Below are positions 22,685 through 32,923 of a stretch of 32,923 nt of DNA, one piece after another. The notes under the pieces are model-generated. The model was given only the letters and a program-made list of their open reading frames with translations, was not told the origin of the DNA and did not search any database. Every line of letters begins with the position of its first letter. Within the stretch, counting starts at the first letter, position 1. The DNA comes from Octopus sinensis (taxonomy: Eukaryota), in the NCBI RefSeq assembly GCF_006345805.1, contig NW_021832797.1, forward strand, positions 1 through 32,923, in the 5' to 3' direction. The translations under genes were made by a program, and so were the position numbers.

Positions 22685-23317
22685 TTTTTGAAACTTTTCC
22701 TCAAACATTTTTGAAAATTATCCCCAAAGAATTTTGAAAAATTAAAAAAAAAATTTCCCCAAATCTTTTTGAAAATTTTTTGAAAATTTTTGGGGAAAAG
22801 TTTCCAGAAATTTTTGAAAAATGTTTTGGAAAATTTTCGAAAAATTTTTCAAAAATTTTTGGGGAAAATTGTCAAAAAAATTTTCAAAAAACTTTTCTAA
22901 AATTTTGGAGAAAATTTTCGAAAAACTTTTCAAAAATTTTTGGGGAAAATTTTCAAAAAAATTTTCAGATAATTTTGGGGAGAATTTTCAAAAAATAAAA
23001 AAAAAAGTTTGGGGAAAATTTTCAAAAAATTTTTCAAAAGTTTTTGAGGAAAATTTTAAGAAAATTTTTCAAGAATTTTTCGGGAAAATTTTCAAAAAGT
23101 TGAGGAAAATTTAAAAAAAATTTTTCAAAAATTTTTGTGGAAAATTTTCAAAATATTTTTGAAAAATTTTTGGGGAAAATTTTCAAAAAAGTTTTCAAAA
23201 ATGTTTGGGGAAAATTTTCAAAAAATTTTTCAAAAACTTTGGAGAAAACTTTCCAAAAATTTTTCAAAAATTTTTGGGGAAAATTTTCAAAAATTTTTCA
23301 AAAACTTTTGGGGAAAA
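22685..23317. repeat. 35-bp A/T-tract minisatellite (approx. GGGGAAAATTTTCAAAAAAATTTTCAAAAATTTTT) with an orientation switch near 22775
   Basis: GGGG-type anchors recur mostly every 34-36 bp from ~22791 to ~23310. The first ~90 bp carry CCCC anchors, i.e. the opposite orientation. Confidence 0.9.
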
Positions 23318-23502
23318 TGACTGGGGTATTTATTTGTGAATGTTATGATTGTACACCAGGGTCTGTCCTCACGTACACATGTGTATGTGCATGAGTGTTT
23401 CTCACGGAATTGTATAACTTTATGCCTTAGAGGGGTGCATAAGTGATTATATGTATGTATATTGTTTACGGGTGGAAAGTATAGCTAGATAAAAAGATAG
23501 AC
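23318..23502 (+). repeat. Left copy of a ~190-bp inverted repeat pair (partner 29026-29215)
   Basis: Starts TGACTGGGGTATTTATTTGTGAATG. About 8 mismatches in the first ~155 bp against the reverse complement of the partner. Confidence 0.9.
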
Positions 23503-23842
23503 TAACAGCTCTGCAGAGATTATGTTGTCGATGTCATTGGAATTGATCTTCGCTGAGAGCCAAAGCGGGATATGAGCATGTGGAAACCCCTTTTTTGCCA
23601 CTCGATTGTGTACATGTCACATTGTATGGGCCCAAAGACTTGCCCTTTTTTGTATGAGCTCCATGAGAGAGATTAACTTGAGATGGAAAACTCGGGCGTT
23701 GAGAATCCGGTTCGAATGTAAGGCAGGTTTGAAAGTGTTCCAAACAGTTATTAGTTCTAGTGGTAGAGTGTTTATGCCGAATATGTACGTATGCATGTAT
23801 ATATATATGTATATATGCCTGTATATATGTACAACATCCACC

Positions 23843-23965
23843 GAGAACGCTTTTGTTGGTCTGAGGCTACAGCAGAAGACACATGCCAAGTCACCACACA
23901 GTGGAACTGAACCCAGGACCATGTGTTTGGAGCGTAGTTTGTTACCACACAGCCACACCTACCCC
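23843..23965 (-). mobile_element. Family A SINE head fragment
   Basis: Reverse complement GGTGTGGCTGTGTGGTAAC...CACATGGTCCTGGGTTCAGTTCCACTG. Confidence 0.8.
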
Positions 23966-24799
23966 TATGTATATGTGTGTGTGTGCGTATGTGTGTATGG
24001 ATAGATATATTATGCATGTATATATGTGCATACATATGTGTACATATTACATGTACATCTATATATATACATCTACACATAAAATACAAAATACAAAGTT
24101 ATATCTTGATATCGCTAGTGATAACAATACTCAAAATATATAATAGACTGAAATTGTAGGCCCGTCTCTTGCAATTTCGATCAATTGGATCTTGTCCTCC
24201 CTCTTGTATAGAAGTGTACGGCTGCAGCGAAATTCATTTTGGGACTTTCTTCTATCGAAGGCATTTTAACAAAAATGCTTCCGTAAAGACGGTGAAAATA
24301 TTGTCAATTTCCCCAAACAGGGACAAATTCAATTTTTAAACAATAACCAAAGCCCCTTCTCTGAAAGGGTGAGGGTTACGGTTTACAATTATTTAACAAA
24401 TGCAACACAACAACGTTTCCCCGACGAGAAACCAACAAACATGATTACAATAGTCAAACAGTAATAATAATAACAACAAACCTTTTTAATTTATCCCCAT
24501 TTATGTGAAACCACTTATTCAAGTTCAAGTCATTGATGCAATTTTATGCGAATTGCTAATACACACACACACATAATACGGGTGAAAAATTGAATATTAA
24601 TTTGATTAATATGAATTGAAAACCAGTGGTGTAGCATATAAGACCAAAGCGGATCTTCTAGAAAAATGGATGACCATTGTTAATGGTTCATCCCTGTTAT
24701 ATATTTTCACTTTAATTGTGAAAGTGTCTGCATTACAAAAGAGAGATGTTTTTGTTTCACTTTTAACACGAAATACTGAAATAGTGGAGAAGATATGAT

Positions 24800-24981
24800 A
24801 TTGCTGTGGGGTCGCCCTAGGGAAAAAGTTAAGATTTCTTTGCCGATGACACTCCCCGGACCTTCAGTAAGGCATGTGTAAAATTTGAATGAAATTGGTT
24901 GTGTAGTTCTCAAGTTTTAGGGAAACACACAGACAGACAGACAGACAGACACACATTCTCAGTTTTATATATAGAGAGATA
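24800..24981 (+). mobile_element. Possible terminus of a non-autonomous Helitron/HINE-like element
   Basis: TGTAAAATTTGAATGAAATTGGTTG...AGTTTTAG, then (AGAC)n and TTTTATATATAGAG. This resembles microsatellite-bearing non-autonomous rolling-circle element ends; recognised by pattern only. Confidence 0.35.
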
Positions 24982-24984
24982 TTT

Positions 24985-25170
24985 CATTCACTTCCTTCAC
25001 TCATTGGACTACGGTCATGGTGGGGTACAGCCACGAAAGCTTAGTTGAACAAGTTCGATCCAACTAGGTAAATTTTAAAGCTTGGTACTTATTCTATCGG
25101 TCTTTTTGCCCAACTGTTAAGCTACGGGAATGTAAACAAAACAACACCGGTTATCAAGTGGTGGTGGGGA
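24985..25170 (-). mobile_element. Decayed family A SINE tail module
   Basis: GTACTTATTCTATCGGTCTTTTTGCCCAACTGTTAAGCTACGGGAATGTAAAC is the reverse complement of the 5898 tail. Confidence 0.75.
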
Positions 25171-25320
25171 TCGAATTCCCATGCGTGCAAGTGTCCAATT
25201 TTTTCGCGTTACGGTAATTATATGCCCAAATATTAGACTGCAGTCAATAAACGGTGAAGGGTCATAATTCCATTTACAAAATTTCAATCGCTACCGTTTC
25301 CTAATTGACGTACATGTTAT

Positions 25321-25363
<43 letters not shown>

Positions 25364-25451
25364 CACAAAATTATATATATACATACAAGCATAGATACAT
25401 AGATACACACATATATATATATGTATATATGTATGTATGCTTGTATGCATT

Positions 25452-25525
<74 letters not shown>

Positions 25526-26080
25526 TTATGTTACAAGGGAAAGCTTGACAGTTATTTCGAAATGTTCGGATTGAGGATTTTGTAGTTTTCTAATTTTGGA
25601 AAAGACTAAATGACGCGAAATAGTTTGTGTGGTGCTGAAAGTTTGGAGAAGGGAGATTTTGCTGGTGCGGTGGGGTGGGAAGAGAAAAGCAGGAAGAATT
25701 ACTTGCTGCTAGTCAAACGTAGTCTTGTTTTGAGACATTGTCGTATCTAAGCCGCCGAAGGCCCTAATATATCTGTTTGAAATGCTTGCTAATTTTCAAT
25801 GGTGGTGGTAATGGTGTTGGATTATGGCCGAAATCAGACATGCATGAAGCTATGTGCAGCCAGTGATATGATACAGCTGAACACAGACATAGACCACCCC
25901 CATATACAAGCACATTTACACATAACTACCTGTACACACAATATACGGACTGTTACATATATACACATACATATATGTTCTCTCGGTTTTTGAGTCATTC
26001 TGTAAGTTATTCCACTTATTGACAAAACGCATATATATACTCATGTTTTGAATTCTATTTTCCTCTTTACATCACCAAAC

Positions 26081-26177
<97 letters not shown>

Positions 26178-26186
26178 GATCTATCT
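26081..26186. repeat. (CTAT)n microsatellite, ~26 units, abutting the LINE 5' junction
   Basis: Read directly from the sequence. Confidence 0.95.
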
Positions 26187-28050
26187 AAAATTTTGACAAA
26201 GGTGTTAGCCAAGAGGTTGGCGCTTGTCATGGAGAAACTGGTCGACAACGCACAAACGTGCGCCGTGCCGGGTCGGAGCATCCATGACAACCTCCATCTG
26301 ATGCGCTACATCATAGACAGGGTAGTAAACGAACCTGGCATGGGTGGGGCCCTGATCAACTTGGATCAATCGAAAGCCTTTGATAGGGTAGACCATCGAT
26401 ACTTGGAGGCAGTCCTGAGAGCGGCTGGTTTCGGTCCCGTCTTCCGCGGCTGGATAGCTGCCTTGTACAGAGGCATCCGTTCGGTAATTCGCGTAAATGA
26501 ACATCTATCGAGACCCTTCGACATTGCACGTTCGGTCCGTCAGGGATGCCCCCTCTCGGCGCTTCTATACGTATTGACTCTTGAGCCACTACTGCGGAAG
26601 CTGGCGACTCTGAGGGGCATCCCGCGAGAATTAGGATGCGGGACGAGCGTGTCTGCATACGCGGACGACGTCACCGTCATAGTGTCAAGCCACGAGCACA
26701 TCGAGCGTGTCGGCGAGACACTGAAAGACTACGAAGCGGTGACAGGAGCAAAAATCAACCGGGAAAAGTCAGTGGGCTTGCGGCTCGGCACCTGGAGAAG
26801 CAAGCCCATGCCGTCCACCAGTACCTCCGTCGTGGACGCTGGACAGACGGCCCGGTTGAGTTGCTCGGGGTCTGGTTCGGTCCGGACCTCCAAATGGAGA
26901 AGAACTGGAACGAGATAACGAGTAGGGTGGTCACTCTCGCCCAGCAATGGGCCGAGAGGAGGAAACTGTCCCTAAAATGTCGGGCGGAGGTGGTGAAAAC
27001 GCGTACATCGCGTCCATCATCTACTACCGCCTGACCGTCGTACCTGTCCCGACCCTACCATCACCAAACTAGAACGCATCCTCTTCCGCTTCTTGTGGAA
27101 AGGATGCGTCCCGATGGTCAGGCGATCCATTTGCTGTCAACACCCGTTAAAAGGAGGGCTGGGCATGCCGTGGGTGATGATGCGCAGACACGCGCTGAGA
27201 CTGCGACATCTCCGGCTCTATGTAGACGACGGTGAACAGGTGTGGTCGCCGTTTGTGAGGCACGCATTCCCGCAACTCGTCTCCATGACCGAACTACAGT
27301 CGTGGATCAAAAGGAGGCCGAAGAAGGGCGAATGGCACCGCGAGTGTCGCGTTGCTCTCAAGCAACTCTGCCGTCCCGGGTCGACCTTGAGTGACTTCAA
27401 CACAACCAAAGCATTCTATAGGGGATTAGTGGAGGGGAGGTACGACGACGAGCTCGGGGCAAACCTGGGCGTCGACGAGGAATACCTGACCCGCCTGTTT
27501 CAAACGACTTTCGGCCCGGGACCTATGGACAACTTCCAGAGATCCCTGGCCTGGCGGTGTGCTACCGAGAAGCGCTACCCGTTCGGGATAAGCTCTATAG
27601 GCATGGCTCGGAAAATACGGGGCCGACCTGCCCGAGATGCGGGCAGAGCGACGAAACCGCTCTGCACGCAATCGTGTGCAGTGTCCAGCAATTTCCCACC
27701 TGTGGGCTTATGTCGAACGACTGCTGTCACGTGTGGGACGTGTCGGTTTATCAGCCGAGTCTATCGTTAATATCGTCACGCCTCCTTCCTTCAAACGGGA
27801 AGGAAGAGCTATTTTTATCATACTTGTGGCTATGGCGAAAGAATGTATATGGTGGACGCGTCTGAAAGGATTAGAGACAAACACTTTCCTCTCTGGTCAA
27901 TCTCTCATCAACTTCTTCAAGTATCACTTGAAGAAAAAAGTGAGAGTAGAGAGGCAAGTTTTGTCTAGTGAATGTTTTAAAAAAAGATGGGTGAATGTAG
28001 CAAGGATGGCACGTATGAATGACGAAGCCACCTTGACTATGATTCTATGA
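26187..28050 (+). pseudogene. ORF2 remnant (reverse transcriptase to C-terminal zinc knuckle) with about five frameshifts
   Basis: ORF track pieces 26193-26918, 26636-27034, 27093-27770, 27557-27865 and 27637-28050 join via frameshifts near 26834, 26997, 27044, 27557 and 27672. Confidence 0.85.
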
Positions 28051-28467
28051 ACCGTAAAAATTAATACAGAGAGTGCTTATTTGCAAAAAAAAAAAAAAGA
28101 AATATAACATGTGACTTTCATTGACCGAGGTTACCGTGGTCTTTTCCGTAGGCTTTTCTTTCCACGGGTAAACCTCACCTGTCCCCCCCTTACACTTCAT
28201 ATTGACATTTTCTGTGATAACGATCCCTATTGATCAATTTTTTTCCTCTCCCCCTTTTTTTTTACCCCCCCCTTTTTTGTCCTCTTTCTCTCTTTTACGA
28301 TCCCTTTGATCGAACCCACCCTTTTTTATTTTATTTTTATTTTTATTTTATTTTTTATTTTTTTATTTTTTATTTTTTATTTTTTTTATTTTTTAACCTT
28401 CAAAAGAAAAGCTCTACCTTGTAATTTGTTCTATCTGTGTGCAGCCCTGTGTGGCTAATAAAGAAAC
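26187..28467 (+). mobile_element. 5'-truncated Tx1/L1-clade non-LTR retrotransposon inserted in (TCTA)n
   Basis: RT motifs KILTKVLAKRL, AQTCAVPGRSIHDN, LDQSKAFDRV, VRQGCPLS, YADD. Post-RT GGLG motif and CCHC knuckle CPRC-x8-H-x4-C. Pyrimidine-rich 3'UTR ending AATAAAGAAAC directly into TATC repeats. Markedly GC- and CpG-rich compared with the flanks. Confidence 0.9.
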
Positions 28468-28701
28468 ATATCTATCTATCTATCTATCTATCTATCAATC
28501 TGCCTGTCTGTCTGTCTGCCTGTCTCTGCCTGTCTGTCTGTCTGACTGTCGATCTATCTATCTATCTATCTATTCTATCTATCTAGCTATCTATCTATCT
28601 ATCTATCTATCTATCATCTATCTATCTATCTATCTATATCTATCTATCTGTCTATCTGTCTGTCGTCTGTTGTCTGTCTTCTATCTATATATCTATCTAT
28701 C
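28468..28701. repeat. (TCTA)n/(TCTG)n microsatellite between the two LINE 3' ends
   Basis: Read directly from the sequence. Confidence 0.95.
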
Positions 28702-28905
28702 TTTTTTTAAATTTTTCTTTTTTTTATTTATTTATTTATTTATTTTTGTTCTTTTCTTCCCTTTTACGATCCCTCGTGATCGAAAACCTACGCCACCCCC
28801 TTTTTTTGTTTCTTTTGTTTTTTGTTTTTTTCATCCCCCAAAAGAAAAGCTCTACCTTGTAATTTGTCCCATCTGTGTGCAGCCCTGTGTGGCCAATAAA
28901 GAAAC
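28702..28905 (+). mobile_element. Second, diverged ~200-bp 3'-terminal copy of the same Tx1-like LINE family
   Basis: Shares CTTTTACGATCCCT..TGATCGAA and AAAAGAAAAGCTCTACCTTGTAATTTGT..ATCTGTGTGCAGCCCTGTGTGGC(C/T)AATAAAGAAAC with 28290-28467. Flanked on both sides by TCTA repeats. Confidence 0.9.
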
Positions 28906-28969
<64 letters not shown>

Positions 28970-29025
28970 ATCTATCTATCTATCTATCTGTCTGTCTGTC
29001 TGTCTGTTTGTCTATCTATCTGTTT

Positions 29026-29215
29026 GTCTATCTTTTTAACTATCTAGCTCTATCTATCCACCCGTAAACCATATACATACATATAATCACTTATGCACCC
29101 CTGTAAGGCATAAAGTTATACAATTCCGTGAAAAACACTCATGCGCATACACATGTGTACATAAGGACATACCCTGATGTACAATCATAACATTCACAAA
29201 TAAATACCCCAGTCA
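29026..29215 (-). repeat. Right copy of the ~190-bp inverted repeat pair (partner 23318-23502)
   Basis: Ends CACAAATAAATACCCCAGTCA, the reverse complement of the left copy's start. Confidence 0.9.
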
Positions 29216-30215
29216 CGGCCAACCTGCGTGTCGCGGGAGTCTTTGAATGGCACAGCAATGAAAAATTCCCTTCAGGTTTTTTAGTAGTACCACCTACTTA
29301 ATGATGAGCTATGTTTCATGCGACCCGCTTCTCGAAAAAGGCTGCCCTTACCTATATATCTATATACACACACACACATACACAATCCTCACACACACGC
29401 ACGCACTTACACACACACACACACACACACGCACACACCACACACACACACCAAGCAGACTCGTCTACTTTAACGTAATGTTCAGGTGGATTCAACTGAC
29501 AAAGAGGCCGACATGGTTGACCTATTAATCACAAGAACAGTGTACCCGAAAGGGATTCCATACAGTTTCCATTTAACCGGATTAACTGACAAAGCTTGAA
29601 CCGACCACAGCCTATCAAGAAGCACTTTGCTCAAGATTGATTGCTGGTATTTCGTTATGCAACCATAATATACCAAGTGTATTAAAGGTTTATAAGCTAA
29701 TCCTTATAAGATAATCCTTATAAGCTAATCCTTTGGTGGGTTTTTAAGCAATGTCATATCGTGGATGGTTAATGGGTTGGAAGTGGTGCTGAAGGCGGAG
29801 CAAGAACTCCTGAAATCTGCACAGACACCCTTTACCCATGTTTCTATGTTCGATCGCATCATTTACACAGACGTAGTCGTGTCTTTCAGTGCTGGCTCTG
29901 AATTCTAAAGAAAATCCGTAAAGATAACTTGTGCTTGCTCAATATTTATGGCAGTGGGCTTATATATGAGATCTTAAAGGGGTGGGGGATGTGGTAGAGT
30001 AGAATCTATAGAGTGAAGCGTATAACATTACGGATATAGTTTTCTTCAGAGAGAAGAGGACAGACCGCGAAAGACTGGGAAGAGGGCGAAGAAAGGAAAG
30101 GAGATAAAAAAAGAGAGAAAACTGCATGAAGGTTACGCTTACATGTTAAGCCTGTGTGTCTGTCTGTCTGTCTGTCTATCATTATTTTTTTTCTTTTTGC
30201 ATATAATATACCTCC

Positions 30216-31900
30216 TTGATTTTCACATTTTCTAAGAACCATAACTCCTTTCAAACTAAACTGAAATCTGATATTAAAATCTTCAGAAGTTCTAAAAAGA
30301 AGTTCGTATTTTCTGATAAGGCCAACAACCTGTATGAAGTTACTAATGATTTATATGACAAGTTGCTAAATGACACCATTTCCCCTAAATATCAGAAAGC
30401 TAACACAGACAGATCCAGTGATGTTGACAAAGAGGCTAAATTCCTCGCTAAACATAGTAAAATCTACGACAGTGTTGAATGATTAGCGAAAAGGGAAGCT
30501 TTCATTACTTTAAAAGACCTTAAGCCTAATTTTCATAACGAACCTAGTTGAAGGTTAAACCCAGCGAGGATTGAAATCGGGCCAGCACCTAAATACTAAA
30601 TACTATGAAACACTGATGATAAAATTAGTGAGACCTCTAGGCTTCAACAATGGAATAGCAGTTTTACTATAATGGATTGGTTCAAGAACATTACGAATAA
30701 GCATAGGGTTAGATTTATGCAGTACGGCATTTTTATGCCTCCATCTTGAGATCGCTGTTTGATAAAGCTATCGAGTATGCTGATAGAGACCCTGTAGACC
30801 TGGACTTTATCATGCATGTGAGGAAAACACTACTGTTTGGTAAGGGCTCAGCGTGGGTAGAAAAGTCCGATAATGAAGAATTGTTCGATGTATCAATGAT
30901 ATCTTACGACAGTGCTTACATCTGCAATCTTGTAGGTCTCTTTGTATTAAACATATTGAGATCCAAGTACACATCTCACGATGCGGTCTATACCGAGATG
31001 TCGGATTGTGTATTTCCTATGGTTGTGATGGTCACATACTACGTAAATTTAGGAAACGGCTTACCTCTACCTTCAGACAATTAGGCCTTAAAATCATAGT
31101 CATTACTAATCTGTTTAAAGTTGAGTTTTTAGATGTTTTCCTAGACCTAAAATCCTCCTTTTATAAACCTTACCACAAACCCAACGAGAAACTTTCCTAC
31201 ATATACAAACAGTCTTGTCACCCTGCTGTAGCATTTATATACCTGATAGCTAGCATTAGTAACAGAGTATCTAATCTCTCTTCCCTTAAAGACATTTTTG
31301 AGAAGAGAGCTCTCTATTACCACAATGCCCTAGCCAAAAGTGGTTTTAAGGATAAATTAATATATAACACTTCTAATAATAAGAAGAGTCAACCTAAAAA
31401 TAGACGTTGGAAAATATTTTGGTTGCCCGCCTTCCTTTAATGTAAAAACTAACATTGGTAAATGATTCCTGCCTCTCCGAGACAAACATTTTCCAGGAAA
31501 TCATAGGTATAGGAAAATATTTAACAGGTGCTCAATGAAATTATCATATAGCTACTGCCCCAATTTGAGAAGGATCATTACACAAGAACACCACCAAAAG
31601 CCCATTCCCAGCTGTAACTGTCGAAACACAGGAACCTGTCCACTCGACGAGCGATGTATGACTAAATCCATCACATATGAGGCAGAAGTTATAGCACCGC
31701 TAGATCATAACACAACGGATAAGTAGAACTATATCGGACTATGCGAAGGCGACTTAAAATTGCTATGTTAACCGCATATATTCCTTCTGATACAGAGACA
31801 AAATAAAGTTGGATAGCCATGTATGGGGTTAGAAGTCGAAATTGTGCAGAGACATCAGACATGTTAAAAAATACAGTATGGAATGCTTTCATCGCATGAA
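30216..31900 (+). pseudogene. Decayed Penelope-like element: reverse transcriptase and GIY-YIG endonuclease
   Basis: Frame-broken motifs AFITLKDLKPNF, FDVSMISYDSAYICNLVGL, GLYRDVG (for GLYRDDG), FLDVFLDL...YKPYHKPN, KHFP...KLSYSYCPN, CNCRNTGTCPLDERCMTKSITYEAEV, then YIGLCEG. Multiple stops and frameshifts. Confidence 0.85.
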
Positions 31901-32923
31901 ACTAATAATGGCACATAAAAACATATTGTGTTTATCAAATAATCTATCTATCTATGTAAATATCTGTATACATACATACATACATATATACATACATACA
32001 TACATACATACATACATAATACATATATATACATACATATTATATATATATATATATGTATATACATATACATACACATACATACACAAAAACACATACA
32101 TAGTGTTTTCTTTTGTTGTAAGATGCAAGGACACAAATTCATACGCAAACACTCATAAACATACAACACACACATACGACAACACATCCCATACATATAA
32201 CTGATATACTATATAATTGTAGTGTGGTATTTATGAGACAGATATATTTTTTTAAAAGAGTGTTGAAGTTAATTAAATTACTCGCTAGTTACAATTTTAG
32301 AAGTTTAATATAAAATATCCAAAGTCCAAGAGAATAAAATGTGATTATGGTGCTTCTGTCTCATCCCAAAATACTTTGGTGTCTTCATTGTGCTATACCA
32401 AGTGGAATAGGCAATGTTATTTGAAGGGTGGAGATGAAATTCAAAAAAGTATAACGACTGAAATTTTTTCCTGGAATGACGCGTTCTTGGAGACATTTTG
32501 TCTAGGCGGTTCTCCTGTGGGTATGCGTGTACGAAATTCCCTGTCCGAAAACAAAATTCTACAAAACAGAGAGAAACGAATACTTCCCGTTAAACATATG
32601 AGTTGGAATATTTCTGTAAGACGGCAAAACCCTAACCCGAAATCGATCCTACGGTCCCCTTCCGTTCCGTTGTCTTCAAAGTTTTCCCGTAAGACTATTT
32701 CACCGAATTGTCACAAATACCTAAACCTCTCCTCCCAAATCGTGAAAAATATAACTGACGCTGTAATATTTTTGGCAACATATTTTATTTGTAAATTCCC
32801 TAAATTCTCTGAAACTGGGAGAGGCCAGTGAATAAAATACGATGATGTTATTGAAATGGATTCAGTTGATGTGTACCATTGGGAGAAGAGATCCTTGGTG
32901 TTTCGGGATTGTCATTTCGTTGG

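Noticed and set aside
22742-23394. K/F/N-rich ORFs and spacer-repeat appearance (CRISPR-like)
   Set aside because: A pure tandem satellite with no unique spacers and no cas genes, in a eukaryotic context.
28084-28100. A-run after the Tx1 ORF2 as the element's poly(A) tail
   Set aside because: The sequence continues into a 3'UTR shared with the second copy and ends at AATAAAGAAAC (28467), so the A-run is internal.
29298-29345. TAATGATGAG...CTCGAAA hammerhead-like string
   Set aside because: The core needs two substitutions, and no stem III or stem I pairing is found.
32376-32831. 151-aa ORF near the window end
   Set aside because: Non-ATG start, no recognisable motif and no splice context. 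It cannot be supported without a database search.

Overview
AT-rich eukaryotic intergenic or intronic DNA with no recognisable host protein-coding exon. The SINE families and dense (AT)/(AC)/(ATGT)/(TCTA) microsatellites suggest a coleoid cephalopod such as Octopus; this is inference, not shown by the sequence. Most ORFs in the supplied track are microsatellite artefacts. The window holds four non-LTR retroelement relics: an RTE-like 3' end with three C2H2 fingers (305-743), an R4/Dong-like fragment (~2770-3250, minus), a young GC-rich Tx1/L1-clade LINE (26187-28467) with a second copy of its 3' end (28702-28905), and a decayed Penelope-like element with RT and GIY-YIG (~30216-31900). It also holds many tRNA-derived SINE copies. 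Main observations: (1) both Tx1 insertions sit inside one (TCTA)n array with matching 3' junctions and no poly(A) tail, suggesting a GATA/TCTA-microsatellite-specific retrotransposon; (2) there are three different type-I hammerhead ribozyme motifs (7108-7148 +, 20467-20522 -, and a tandem pair near 20730 and 20957), one inside a ~365-bp direct repeat with an inverted arm (Penelope pseudo-LTR or retrozyme-like); (3) smaller features include a 190-bp inverted repeat pair 5.5 kb apart, a 35-bp A/T-tract satellite, a back-to-back tRNA-like pair and two RFX X-boxes.
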